Assembly (NCBI GenBank): GCA_001949185.1
Contig: BDGG01000004.1
Coordinates: 2,443,620-2,507,619 of the forward strand
From: Ramazzottius varieornatus
Taxonomy: Eukaryota; Animalia; Tardigrada
DNA length: 64,000 nucleotides
Direction of reading: 5' to 3'
Under the pieces are notes generated by a model. That model was not told the origin of the DNA and searched no databases. It saw nothing but the letters and a program-made list of their open reading frames with translations. A program made the position numbers and the translations under genes. Positions 1 through 16,106 of this stretch are shown piece after piece; within the stretch, counting starts at the first letter, position 1; each line of letters starts with the position of its first letter.

Positions 1-460
1 GCTATATGGCCTAATATTACGTGGTATGTTCTGTTTCTGGAGTAACCCCGCGCTGTTTGCGATAACCTGCCTCGCGAATCGACGTTTTCCCCGTGCCTTT
101 TCGGTTCAGCAGTTGCACTGAGCAGGTACCGTTTGTAAAGGACACTTACCTTGGGCGATACATGGCTTTGATCTTGGTGACGTCTGCACAGTTTTTTTGC
201 CGTTATTGTACCATACAGACCGATCGATGAGAGCAGCAATTGAACGTACTCCCCGCATGTAAAGATCTGTAACTTTCCCAACATATGGGGAGAAATCGTT
301 GCTGTGTACGGAAGATGGATTCCGCATGCACACCTTCGTGTGAAGTTGAATGCGTCATTGACAAGTAGTCTTCCTGATACTCACGGTCGTTTTATATATA
401 TTCTAACTTTTGAGTGGAGTACATCGCGTCTTCCAGAGCAACCACCCCCAAAGACTGGAA

Positions 461-2577
<2,117 letters not shown>

Positions 2578-2797
2578 TTACATGTGACAACCCCGCGAGG
2601 TATGTTTTCCACGTAGTCTTCTTCAGTGAGAAGGAAACGTCTTTAGGGAACACGCATAATTTTTATTTTTAAACTGGAGTACGTCCGTGATAACAATTAT
2701 GTCTCACTTCATGCTGAGTTCAACGCATGTTACGGTTTGTCTCTCAAATCAAATGTGCACCTGACATTCATTTTTATACCGGTCGCGTATTTCGAAA

Positions 2798-2803
2798 AAT
2801 AAA
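2798..2803 (+). promoter_or_regulatory. Putative polyadenylation signal AATAAA of TMEM184
   Basis: AATAAA lies about 220 nt downstream of the stop codon. Confidence 0.55.
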
Positions 2804-5580
2804 GTTGAATACGATGACTATTTCATGTTCCGAGGATACTGTGTAGTCGCATTAAGCGTAGCTCAGGGAAAGACCTTCCGCGCTCTGAAAGGTTGCTTGT
2901 GGGTAGTTAACGCGAACTTACAAACACTCGCAAGTCAATACGAGGCTGTTATGGCTTTTCGACGATGGTGTATTGCCGTTTTGTCATCCGCTGGGATGGG
3001 GAACCATGTTAGAGAAGACTTTCCATTTCGTTGTTTAACTGCTGAAAGTCTGAGCTGTTGTCCCAAGAGCAGTAAATTTCTTCCTCGTCAGAGTCGTGAT
3101 CGTGCTCCAAGCTGTGCCGCTGGAGTTGCATAAAGCTGCAATATAATCCCAGTGAGTAATTTGAGATGTTTGACGGCGCTCAATGGGATCGTCATTAATA
3201 TGTGCTTACTCGGAAAAGATGTCTTCGCAAGTGGTACAGTAATAGTGGCGTTTCTTCAGTCGATGATAATTCAACAACCGCCTCGTATCGAAGGTTCCTA
3301 ACCGAGAAAAATCTCAGCATAAAATTTGCTTACAATTTTGTAACAATCCAAAATTTTTTAATCCTTACTTTCACAAACAGCGCAAAATATGGCGTCTTCT
3401 TCTGGAAAGAACAGTCTTGAATTAGGTCAGAATTTTTCCCGGTTGTTAACGTCAAAGCCCGCAGAAGATACCGATTTCTGACCTTCATCATAGCTTCCGC
3501 ATGACGAAACGTCTCCTCCGCTATCGAAAGACTCGTCGGGCAGAAAATTTTCTTTCAGCTTCCTGTAGCCGGGTTTTCTACGGCGAACTGCAATGGCAAA
3601 AAGGTCGAGCTTCAGTGCACATCCATGATAAATTTTTCTTCATTTCTGGATCAACCTGGAACCTTGACCATAACATTGAAAAGAGTAACATGTAAAAGAC
3701 ATAAAATACGAAGCGTGCCAATGGAGTGGCAGGTCGATCCATCACTGGGGATCTTCCGCGTAGAGCCCGCTGAAAATTCTTCCGCCTGACTAAGTGATTT
3801 TGCAATTAGCTAGAGTGTTCTGAAGGCCACAGGAAAACATCAGGAAAGCACACTTACAGGCAAATATTCTCCGTTTCAGAAATTTTTGGAGGAAGCGGCT
3901 GAAAACATTCAGGAAGCTAGTTGGAGCGTCGCTGGGTTCTTGATCCGCAATGTCTGCGTTTCCGCATGGTGATTCCGTACGGAAGCTTTTCATGCTAATG
4001 AAAGGATTGAGCTCCGTGTGATCAGAACATCACTCCTCCGCAGATATTCTATTTGAGTCGGTTGCTGCTGACGCCCACGGGCATGCGGAGATCGTGCAAA
4101 CATCAAAGCGATACAGTAGCGAAAGAACAACATAAAAGTTTTATTGAGTTTCTGGATGTGGGCTCCCATTAATCGATGCGGTTATCCACAGAAGAGACAT
4201 AAAAGACATTCCATATGCTCCCTTTCCAAACAGCTCTCCGCCAATTTAAATTACGATGAAGTAACTAGATCCACCGATGGTTACGTATGAAAGTATACAA
4301 AGAGGGGGGAGGGGTACTGCAAGAGAGAGCTAGGTTCTCCACAATGGAAGGTTCTTCACATGTGCTTCAAAGGAGGAGCTTCGAGCTTTGTCAATGGAAT
4401 GAGAGCGGGCATTTGATCTGATGTAGCTATCCTGCATACTGTTTTTTTCATTATGGTAATCTTCGGGTGGCTTTCAGTGAAGCGTGGCGCGTTTGCCAGC
4501 CTCAAGATTACTTACAGCCGGCGATTTAGTGATAAAAACACTCCAGAGACTCGGCAAAGAGCCAACCGTCAGGAGCTTGAGGCCGATCTGACGCCCGCGG
4601 TGCCCCTGCTACTGATCAATTTCTGTTTCAGCGCATTACGGGCACTTTCATTTGTCTTTCTTTGTGCCACCATCTGGAGGGCTCCCTCCATTGCGAGAGC
4701 GAGGACCCAGTAAGCTTTAATTTTTCGAAACGAGGCCTGTTCCCATCAAATGGCTTACCGCGTAAAGGTCGGCGTGTGGGTGTTCTTGTACAGTTGTACT
4801 CTTCGGTCTTGGCGTCGTATGCAATTATACGACAGCTTGCGAAGAAAGTGCGACTACGTACTGCAGTAGTACCTCTGCAACGCAGAATTGTGGATGCTTT
4901 GTGTCCGTCAGCCACCAAAGGCAAATAATCTAAAAGCTATTCTTTCTAGTGCGGGACATTTGAGTAGGTACGTGGTCACTCTTTGAGTATGTAGTCTGGC
5001 GTAATTAGCAAGAGCAAAGCTACAATTATCATACTGTAAGTTCTCTATCCCTATCCACACGTTCACCGCAGGCACACTGGGTCCTTACATACACACATTA
5101 CAGACGAAGAGCCGAGGTGTTATATGACACAGACGTAAGGGTGGTAAGGCTGGTTTACAGCGTTTCCTTTTCTGCGATAAGATAAGTAATTATCCAGCTT
5201 GCTGGTAATCTTTAGCTGGTTCAAAGGTGACTTCCGCTCGATCCCTCTCCTTCGCGTAGTACACGGTCCGGCGAAAGCACTTCCTGTTCGAACCGTTCTT
5301 TCGGCCTATGAAGCTTACTTTCGTGAGTATGCGTGAGAGCTTTGTAATTGGTTATTCCTGATACAGTCGTGTCTTAGCATCCAACAGTGCATTTCTCATT
5401 GTACTCTATTTCAGGTATGTGACTCTGCAAGCTCAGCTCATTGAGCTACAGTAGAATTTGCGCTGGAAACTTTTGGAGAGAACGCACGTTCCAGAATAAC
5501 TCAAAGATCCGAACCGCGTTGGTATTCGAAGACTCTTCGGAGAGGAACAGTCGCTGGTTCTCCTGCTTTGTCGCTTGACC

Positions 5581-7123
5581 ATGTCCAGCTCGGCGACCGA
5601 CGGCGCTAAGAACGGGAAATCTTTCGACGCTATTTTCCAGGTTATCCTGAGAGAGCTAACGTCTAACGCACCTGATCCGGGCATCCAGCAAGCGCTCGAC
5701 TGGTTTCAGCAGGTACACAATCATAGTGAACGCATTCTTGCTAACTGTAAGTTAGTCAGTATGCGGTCTTAATTATCACCATTTTTGTCTCACAGGTGCT
5801 AGAATACAATGTCCCTCACGGGAAGAAAAATCGTGGACTGTCGGTGGTGGATACGTACCGTTTACTGAAGAAGAACGCGCACATCCCGGAAGAGGACGAT
5901 CAGAAAGCTGCCGTACTTGGATGGTGTGTAGAAATAGTAGGTGCTTAATGTTGCCTGTCCGAACATATTTTGCGGGGACGTGCTCATCAAAGCTTATTCT
6001 GCTATCGGTGCCATTTGAAAAGGATTTCTTGTGTGGCAGTTGCAGGCATTCTTCCTGGTTGCTGACGATATCATGGACCAGTCTCATACTAGGCGTGGTC
6101 AACCCTGTTGGTTTCGGCAGGTATGCTACCTCTGGACAACACCAAACGTCCACCTTGCTTGTTATTACTTACCTGATAAAAGAGATGTATTTCGAATTAT
6201 CTCGAACCGATTAACCCATATTTGACAGAGAAACGTTGGTCTAATTGCGATCAACGACGCTTTCTATCTGGAGAATGCTGTGTACGCCATCATCAAGACT
6301 CATTTTGATGGACTGCCTTCCTACGTCAAAATTATGGAGCTCTTCCACGAGGTACACGTTATTAATACGCACCAAGACTGATCTTAGTAATGTCGCTAAT
6401 CTGCAGGTGACGATGCAAACCATAACTGGCCAGTGCCTGGACATGGTATCGTCGCGACCTGACGAGCCGGTCGATTTCTCTACTTTCACCAGCCAACGGT
6501 ACGACAGTATCGTCAAGTACAAAACGGCCTACTACTCGTTCTACCTTCCCGTTGCTCTCGCAATGTATCTTGTAGGTATTGCAAATGCACTACAAAATTG
6601 GTTTTTTCTCGGGAAGTCAATAACGAACAGCCTGTTTACAGGCTGGAATCTATGATGAAGATTCTCATCAGCGAGCCAAAGCAATCCTCCTAGAGATGGG
6701 ACACTTCTTTCAAGTTCAGGATGACTACCTCGACTGCTTCGGAACTCCGGAAATATTGGGGAAGATAGGGACCGATATTCAGGATAGGAAGTGCGGATGG
6801 CTGATTGTCCAGGCACTTCTCATCTGCAATGCAGAACAGCGAGAACGATTACAAGTATAATTATGCGCCTAATCTAACCTAAAATGGCCAGAAGTAGTAA
6901 ACCCGAATCCATTCTCATATAGGACAACTACGGTATTGACAGACCGGAATGCATACAGCGCGTTAAGGATGTCTACCACGAACTGGCAATGGAAAAAGTT
7001 TACAAGACGTTCGAGGACGAATCAGCCATTCGAATCCAAGACCTCATCGGAAAATTCAGTGGGAGCTTACCACCCTCGATCTTTATGAGCTTTTTCAACA
7101 AAATATTCAAGAGAAACAAATAA
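5581..7123 (+). CDS. FDPS: Farnesyl pyrophosphate synthase, multi-exon
   Basis: Contains [42 protein letters not shown] (FF before DDxxD, indicating a C15 product), [48 protein letters not shown], and C-terminal KIFKRNK*. Confidence 0.96.
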
Positions 7124-7179
7124 AACAATAATTTCACAGGGAAGTTAAGAAAAGAGTTGGTCTAAACAAATATGTCCAT

Positions 7180-10100
7180 TTATTTTCCGTTTTCGAGAGG
7201 CGTGTACGTCCATTTCGGAAACACACGCTTATAAAGTTTCATGAGCACGGTATCGGATGATTGCAGTTGCCCATCGAATCTGCATTTCATATGGCCATGA
7301 GTTCCTGAAAACCGGAAAGCAATAGAAGTTAGCACGATTTATGATCGCTTACATGCATATCAAGTGAACTGTTCACAACGAAAACGTGAAGTCACAGCAG
7401 TGTTAACACCAACCTAAAGGCTCCTTGATCTCTCCCACTCGGCCGTTCTTCGTCGTCAGCTTCACTTTTCGGAACCAGTTTACGTCCTCTGCAATACAAC
7501 AAGCGTTTGAACACAAGTCCAGCATATAAGCTGCATCGAATAACGCTATCGAGTTCTAACTTCATCAAGTTGATGACATACCCGTATTAAAGAACATGAA
7601 TCGAATCACAGCGCTTCTAACGTTGATCTTGAAGGGGTGTCCACTGAGCACCACTCGCTTCAGCACCACTCTACTGGGGTCCAGACTAAGAACGCTTCCT
7701 TTCGCAATTAGCTCAACTTTTCCTGTAACAGACCACACCATGTCACTATGGGTTGGAACACACCCAACGAGGCAGACTGCATAAGCGCTAACCTGCTTCC
7801 GAATCCTTGTAAACAAGCACCGGCGCAGGCGGAAATGTGATTGGTGCGTAAACCGAAATGACAAAGTGCTCCTCTTCGGGCATAAACCGAAGGAACTACA
7901 AACACATTCAATGAAAACAACCTCGAGTTTCTGCTACAAAAGGTTTCACGTTATGAAGTTTACCTTGTGAAGTTTGCCGGCAGATAATTCGGAAAACAGT
8001 GCTTTGGCTTTGAACCGGCGGAATCCAACCTGGAAGACTAGTTCCTGTCCGCTTCGCACTGGTGCCTCGAAGCCGGAGATTCGCTTGACACTCATGTTCA
8101 CCACCGTCATTGAGTGCTCATGCAAGAGCAGACCGTAAACCACAAGAGAAGATGTTGTATCAGCCATGCTCAGCGGAGCATCCCGGAGGACAACAGTGGC
8201 AGTATTGAAGGGTTCCTGAAAAGATCCGCGATTAACAGACCTAATGCATCGCTGCATTGTACGAACACTTACAACAGCAGTCCTGTTAGCAAAATTCAAG
8301 GCTGCCTTCTTCGAGGATTTCATGTTGGAGAATCGAGAAACCTGAGCGTATTCACGAGGCAGGTTCTCTTCGGCATCCCAGTTAGCGGACCGGAAATCGT
8401 CCAAACCACGGTACCTGGAAAAGTTTAAGCTAACTGTGTCTCTGTAAGAGAAAACCAAGCTTCATAAACGGACTTCAACACTCACTTGAAGAACCGAATC
8501 CGAGCGGGCGTGTCCAAAGGCGTGTCGATCTCATCCGGGAACATGCGATCCTGGAGTCTTTTCTTCATCTGAGCATACCTAAGGAAACAATCAACATTAA
8601 CACGTTAGTTAAAGGCTTCATCCACAGACTAACTAGAATAAACGTACGCCGCCGCCTCGTCCTGTTCTTTCAGTCGAGAGTCGTAGCCATCGGCGTCCTC
8701 GCTCATATCGATCTGCTCGAGGTCCATTTCAGAATTTTTCTCGACCTCCGAGACTGTATCGTTGTCTTCCAGCGAGTTGCCGTCAGCTTCCATTTGCTCC
8801 TTGTTCATGTCTACATCTTCCTCGTCAGACTCAGTATTAACTTCTGCACCGTCGTCTTCAACCTCCTTCTCGTCGTCATCCACGATCCATGCCGCTTGGT
8901 AGTTCGAAGTCCCCTTCGGAACGGTCTTCATCAGCCTTTTCTTCGACATTGCAACTGTGACAAGAAATACCATCGAACTGAACCTTCAGATAACATGCGG
9001 TCAGATCATTCTGTTGCGTCAAGAGTCCCACCTGAGGCAGCATCCAGCTGAGAATTAGTTGCGCTGTCCTCCATTTCAATCTCTTCTTCGGGTTTCAAAG
9101 AAGGCTGGTCAGCAGGGTTGGCCGTCAAAGTCCTGTCACCAGCAGACACAGCGTCTTTCTGTCTTTTGCCCTTCTAAAGTGGATACAATCAGTCACAACT
9201 AGCGAAATGCAACTAGACCACCGGTTTCCTGGTGCCTACCCGGTAAACTGCGGACTGCCCATTACGCGAGGACGTACATCAGAACAAATAAGTTTTACCT
9301 GGTTATCGGCGCGTTCATGGATGATAACTTCACTCAAAAGAAAGTCTCCGTAGCCGAGGACGTGTACAACTCCGTTGACATCCAGAGTTCCTCCTTTGAC
9401 AATGCCGGAAATCCTGACGGAACCACTTTGGGACTGAAAATAACACAGAGCCATTCGCTTGTACATCACTTATTCGAAAGCGGTACTAGCAGGAGAAGCA
9501 ACGTGAAAGTCACCTGGTCTTCTGGGTTGACGCGCTCGACAGCCGTCGAAATCATGTAGGGCCTCATTTCACGATATTCAACAGACGCAGGGCGGACAGT
9601 ACTAAGTCGAAAAAGGAAGCTCGACATATCAGCATTTCCGGAAACAAAATCCACATGAGGATCAGGAAACCTAAACATATTACCATGCAGTATCATGGTC
9701 ACAAACTCATCAATTACAGGTCTGCTACATCGCTTCCAGGGTGCACCATACCATGCTTTGATCCGTTTAATCACGTTCTTTTTGACTTCGCTCTTTTCCT
9801 TGAGAAATACTTGGGCATTTTGCTGTGGGGAATAAAAAGAGGTAAGGTCTCCTCTATCAAAGGACCGAGGAACGAAAGAGAACTTACATCTTTTTCCAGT
9901 TCAATATACAAGCAATGCACCACGGCCGGAAGTCCCTGTCCGAGAAGAGACGACAAGAGGTCCTCGGTTTCAGCGGAGACCTCTTCGAAGGGATCGTACA
10001 GAAATATAACCAAATCTGCGATCTTCGCCAAATCCAAGGTGTTCCATAAGTCGTTCATATCAGCGACGCGGAAGTTCAAGCTGATTTTCCATCGAGGAAA

Positions 10101-10810
10101 CCTGTAATTGAATTCAGCATAATTATATACAGTGCGATCAAAATCAAGCAAGAATATGTTACTTCATGGACACTTTATGGATCGATTTATCTGGCTTATT
10201 GCAGTCTTCGGACATTTCAATGTCCTCATGCTCCTCAAAGTCCCGAAACAGATCCAGGAAATTCTGTACATTGATAAGCGGTGATGTGGAGACGATCGTA
10301 ACATCCAGCGGCGTGGACTCGAACTTCTGCTTCTCTTGGAGAGTTAACAGCTGGTTTAATGCTCGTCTTTGTGACCGCTACAAAAGAGCAACTCAACCCT
10401 AGTCAGAGGTCAGAGGTTTGGGAGAGCAGCTTCGATCACACAGCCTAGTGATCCCCACGCCGGCGACGCGCTAAGAAGTGTTACTATACGATGTTACTCA
10501 AGACACCGACTACAAATATCAGCCATACCCGGTTTCTTCGGTCATTCTTCGTAACGATAGACTTTTTTCCTTTCCTGAACTGTCCTCCTTGTACCGTGCG
10601 ACCTACAAAATGTATGGACAACAGCTCACAGACTGAGTATCAGTTGTGCGCCTTGAACGTCCCAGATAGTTGCGAAATATCCAAGCTGGCCGTAAAATCG
10701 AACTTACCTTTCTGCTCGGTGCGAAGTTCTCCTTTGCTCTTATGTTGTCCATTCTTATGTGTTTTGTTCTTCTGTACCCACACTCCAGATCGATGATGCG
10801 ATGAAGACAT
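7180..10810 (-). CDS. TSR1: Pre-rRNA-processing protein TSR1 (40S biogenesis), multi-exon
   Basis: N-terminus MSSSHHRSGVWVQKNKTHKNGQHKSKG; LDLAKIAD; VPKGTSNYQAAWI; MFPDEIDTP..ARIRF; YRGL; VVLKRVVLSGHPFKI; C-terminus GTHGHMKCRFDGQLQSSDTVLMKLYKRVFPKWTY. Confidence 0.95.
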
Positions 10811-11691
10811 GTCTGTCGATGTCCGACCACCGGAAGACGGAAAGATGGAATCTTGTTAGGCGCAGACCTCAAGACGGTTCGACCTTTCTCACTCCATCCC
10901 TTGGGGCAGAGGGGCTTCTCAGTTATCATCACCCTGGGGGCTGTTGCACGTTCGCCGTACGTACAAAACTTTCTGCCCAGAAAATCGCGGAGATTTCTTG
11001 CGCGACTTTCAATTTCATTTGAATTTTTGAAGCTGCTGAAGAAGTGAATTTTCTTTTCGCCACTCCTCAAGTGAAATTTCTGTGTGGACACTGCCAGTCC
11101 ACAATTTGGACATAGCGAAGGATCTACCGAGAACTGAGGTCTTGAGATCTGGCTGTGCAGTTTATACGGGACTTAATATACGAGGGACGTTTGGGTGCAG
11201 GTACGAGCACGCTTCAACAATCAACTGGAAGACCTTGTTCCTTTTGTTGTCCTTGTGGTACTACCCTGGATGGGTTTTTGATGTCCAAAAGGAAGTTATT
11301 ATACCGTTCACACTGTCTCGTGTGCTTCTGTGTCTTTGGTCAGAGTCTTTGGTGGATACAGTTTCAAAACTAAGTTTGGTTACGTAAAGACTTTTTAATT
11401 TTCGCAATGTCGTGCGTCACTTACGTAAGAAACCAGCTTCTCTGTCGCTTACTGTCAGCTCTGTGTGTGTTGCTCTAATGCTCTTTGTTATGGCTTTACA
11501 GCGTGTGACCATATTTTGTTTTTGCCTTGCAGATTGCCTTGGAAGTATTACCAAATCGTCGGAAAACAACTGGCCCTAGATAAACTTTTCATCCCTTATT
11601 CGACGAAAGCCCCACTGGAAGCCTGCTGCCACAGGAAGAGAGGTTTGCCGAATTAGTCACGCAAGGGAGCTCGATTCATCGGAAATCGATC

Positions 11692-13080
11692 ATGGCTCAT
11701 GCGTCAAGCAGTGCCTCGTCAAACCGAGCTGTTAGAGCTCTGATGCAGGAATTTCAGAGTATCCAGAAAGAGCCCGTAGAAGGCTTCAAGGTACGCTGGA
11801 TTTTGTTGTCGAATAAACCCCAGTTATTTGAAGATAGTCTAATTCATGGACATCGATTCGTGTCAATTGCGCATCGACTTTTTTATCGGTGTCGAAATAA
11901 AGCAGCCCGTGAGTGCTGTGCGAAGGTCATATTCGATATTGATATCTCGGTAGTAATCTTTTGGCTGGTTTTCAGGTTAAGCTTTTGCGGGAAGATAACT
12001 TGTTCGACTGGGAAGTGGCTATTTATGGGCCTCCCGGAACACTTTACGAAGGCGGATATTTCAAAGGTTGGTCGCGTGATCCCCTTTCTTTGTGTTTATA
12101 AGTTCTGCTCGCACGATCGCCTGTGTAATGCTGGAAATGTTATCTCGTCGCAGCTCACGTAAAATTCCCATCCGACTACCCATACTCTCCGTAAGTATAT
12201 TTTCGGCAGCTAAATTAAGATTGTCGAGTCAACGAAGTCATGTGAATGCTATTTGCAGTCCTTCTCTTCGTTTCCTGTCGAAAATTTGGCACCCGAACGT
12301 GTATGAAAACGGAGACCTTTGCATAAGTATTCTTCATCCACCTGGTGACGATCCACATTCCGGGGAACTTCCGTCAGAAAGGTAAACACTAATTTTGAAT
12401 TTCAACAAAATTCTAATCAACTTTAATAGAACAATAGAAACTTGTTATACGAAATATTTTGATACTCTTGTTTTCAACAGATGGAATCCCACACAGAATG
12501 TGCGGACCATTCTTATGAGCGTCATCTCGCTCTTGAACGAGCCTAACACGTTTAGCCCCGCCAATGTCGACGCTAGCGTGATGTTTCGTCGATGGAGGGA
12601 TTCTGCTGGTAAGACTTGACTGCAACGGTGTAACCCTCGCACACTTGATCTCGATCTGTGTCTAACGCTTATGCGGTATCAGGTCGTGACAATGAATACG
12701 AGCAGATAGTCAAGAACCAAGTGGCACAGACCAGAACGGAAGCGGAACGAGATGGCGTGAAGGTAAGGAACAAACTACATAGTACTCAAATCAGAATTTG
12801 CATTTCGAGTTTTCATCATCAGGTTCCGACAACAGTCGAAGATTACTGTATCAAGACCGTCTTCACCGAGCAAAAGTCCACCGCCCCTGAGCTGATGATG
12901 GACATGGACTTTTACTACAGCGACGACAATGACGTCGACGATGACGAGTTCGAAGATGAACACGAAGACGATGATAACGAAGACGTGGAGATGGTCAGCA
13001 AAGCAGTTCTGAAGAAGGCACATCTGCCTGCACACACCGAAGCCTCCTCTTCGAAGAGCGTACCTCCCACAAGAGACTAG
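11692..13080 (+). CDS. UBE2R2: Ubiquitin-conjugating enzyme E2 R (CDC34/UBE2R2-like), multi-exon
   Basis: Contains [88 protein letters not shown] (catalytic Cys plus CDC34 acidic loop) and an acidic C-terminal tail. Confidence 0.95.
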
Positions 13081-14335
13081 GAGACACCCGGAAGATGGGT
13101 GATTAGAGAGGTTCAAGGTTCCTCTGGATGGGAAAGAATATGGTTTATAGGCTTAAGTTGTGGGTTTTTAACGAAGGGAGCGATGAAATTTAGGACAGTG
13201 GTACATTACACTTGTATGCCTATTTCATGCTTAGTTTCATCAGCGATACCTGTGAGTTTAGTCTTTCGTTTCAGGTCGAGAGCGTTGGCATCATAAGCTG
13301 CCGCTAGTTACGGCAAACGTGGTGTCCAGCAGTGCCGTATTAGCACACTTTTTCCTCTCGATTACGCAACTTACGCCGAAGGTTTCAGCGGACTTATCTT
13401 TTCTCTCTTAACCCGCGGTGTTTCCTTTCGAGCACCTCTTTTTGATCTGTGGATGTTCGGAGTATTGAATATCGACAAGAAGGTCGACTACTGTTGGCAT
13501 AGACTAAATACCTCTTCTGGTAATGCATTTGTGTTCTGGCATGGAAATATCATTCAAGCGAGCTTTTGCTGACGCAGTGAAAGCAATTCACTTTCTTGCG
13601 GGTATTTTTGGCTGCAGTGGAACGTGAACGCATGTTGTTGCTCGGGGAGCCTTGTGACCGCGTCGTAAGGCGATAGTTTGTCGATGTAGACTGGCCAGGC
13701 TGTCTCATATCAGCCTGTTTCTGCGGGTCTCCGCCGCAAAGTGAGCGTAACTTTCCTGGTGGTGGTGACCAAAGATCATAGTGCGTTGGCGCCAACACTC
13801 TGCCGATCATATGCTCGAATGTGTCATAATCCAGTACGACGAACAAGCAGCTCTTGCTGTAACTGACTCACATGAGTTTGTACAAACCTAGTTAAAAACA
13901 GTAGCTGCTAAGCTTCCGCCTTAAGGCTATCATCACGTACCGAAGTGGGCTTGAATTGGCACTCTGTTGTATGCAACACGTTGTTTACAAGGAAAACATC
14001 GAGTCAAGAAAATAAACCGGATTTTGTTACGGTATTTGAAATAGGGAACCCTTAGTCTCGTGAACACCGCCAAAAATCAAAATTCGCGAAACATGTTCAT
14101 TACCCCTTCACTCGTAGTACGATAGATTATTATAGTGTTACTGCCCAAACTGCAAGCATACCCGGGCCTTTACCAGCTCAAGGGACATGAGTTTCGGGAC
14201 CAACCTATCGGGGACCTCGAAAAGCCCGGATCTCCTCACACTTGATACACAGATGGCGCTGTCAACGCTGTGAGTTTGTTCGGCTTCGAAGAACCCTGAC
14301 ACAGGTATTGTTCCTATTGTTCCGTGTTACTGACA

Positions 14336-14363
14336 CTCCGCCTCCGCCTCCGCCTCCGCCTCC
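14336..14363 (+). repeat. (CTCCGC)n hexamer microsatellite, about 4.5 units
   Basis: Sequence reads ctccgcctccgcctccgcctccgcctcc. Confidence 0.85.
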
Positions 14364-16106
14364 ACCAGAGAACGTCAATGCGAATAGAAACCTACGTACC
14401 TGAACTTGTTTGACCGAGAAAGTTAGTGTTTTGATTTCTTGTATTACTGCTCGTCAAGACATATTTACAGCTAATCCCAAGTGCAGTAAGAAGACCAGTA
14501 TCCTTGTCAACATATTTTGTTGGTCTACCTATGAAGCTCGCGACAACGTATCATGGAGCTGGCGAACTTCAGCTTGAAAAAGAAGATGAGAAAAAATTTG
14601 CATAATAAGAGACTATCTGGATCTAGCTGGAAGTAAGCTGGAACATGGCAATCGGATTAGTTGCGATACTCGGTTGGTGGCTCACAAAACGCCGCTGGCT
14701 GTTTTCTACTGCAGTTTCACGCTTGAATTCTATCATTAGGAAGGGTTTTTCTATCACTGTTCGTTATCGGATGATTTGAATGGATGTTCACGTCCCATGT
14801 TGGAGTTATCGAGCTGTGGTGCAGAGGGACTATCGAAGCAGGCAGGAAGGAAGACGAAGACTGTTGGCGGATGGGTGAAGTGGGGAGGAAGTGAGGCCTC
14901 AGACTAAATGACAGCCCAGCATCGATTGTACCGCCAAACATACAGGCAGTTGTAAAGGCAAAATGGGCAAAGGCAAAGTACTGAATATATCCGTTCTATC
15001 TATTCCACGGTTTGACCACCGCCATCGTCTTCCTCCACATATGCCCAAGTCAGCGCGGTCACAATTACGTTTGATTTGATCACTTCTATGACTTGCACAT
15101 CGCCAAGTTTGTCATGATTACATACATACAAGTCGACATCAGTCTGACGACCCACCACAAGCTCGTTGACGCTCTTCCCGGTACACTCTCCCGCACTTCC
15201 CCATTGTACATGCGCACCGTACTCGTCCCCGTTGCACAACAATCTGTATTACAAACACACATACGGCTCCCAGCAATGTTCACTCAGTAAAGGCACTTTG
15301 TGAAGGGAAACGCCACATGCAAACATGTGTAACGGTCTGGCACTTTTTTGTCAGCTGGCGTGCATTCTCCCCTTCCTTTTGTTCGATCCGTGGCCGTAAT
15401 TTCTCCCACTCGTATTGAGAAAGTTGCGGATAGGTGATCACGCTTTACGCGCGCAAGTACTATTTCAATCATGACCATTGATACCTATTGGGCACATATT
15501 GTCCGTCACCTTTGCATCGGTGTACACACCTTTTGATGCCTGACAATCCTTTCAACCTCTGGGCACAGCTAGTACAAACGCCTCAACTTTCCGTATCGAT
15601 GCGTCGCTCCGCGAAGTTCCTCGTCTTTTGTGCCACTTAACGGGAATAGATTTCTTGGCGCGATAAAGGGGAAGACAGGACGTGTGAGTTTTACAGTGTG
15701 TCTTTATGATGACGGCCTTCTCTTCGCAGCCCATGTTACGCGCTCAACGGACACCATCACCGCCGCACATTCCACCGATCGAAGAAAATTATATTGTTGT
15801 GGCATTCGTCGCAAGTGGCGCTTAAACAAACATCTCGAATTTTTCTCCGCATCCAGTGGAAACGGATCAGCTCATCTTCAAGGAGCTGCACTGCCAGGCC
15901 GCAATCTCCACGGGGATTACGCCGTGTATACTCACTCTTCCCTCCAAATGGTCCGTCTGCGGCCTGCGTCTGTCATCATTTTATGAATCGTCGATCTGCG
16001 TTAACTCATTTCGAGGACCAAACCTTCAACGACCTCAAACCGCGGCGGACAAATGCCTCAGCTTATTTATTGTTTCTTTTATTGAGCGAACCCTTACCAT
16101 GCTGAC

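Noticed and set aside
10379-10528. Longer TSR1 intron with hairpins (GATCAC..GTGATC) as a possible intronic snoRNA
   Set aside because: No convincing H/ACA or terminal C/D box arrangement was found; an Rfam or snoRNA scan would be needed.
14100-16100. Short ORFs upstream of the HHIP-like gene as separate genes or a missing CRD exon
   Set aside because: No recognisable motifs, cysteine pattern or coherent splice chain. The signal peptide at 16107 already provides a plausible start.
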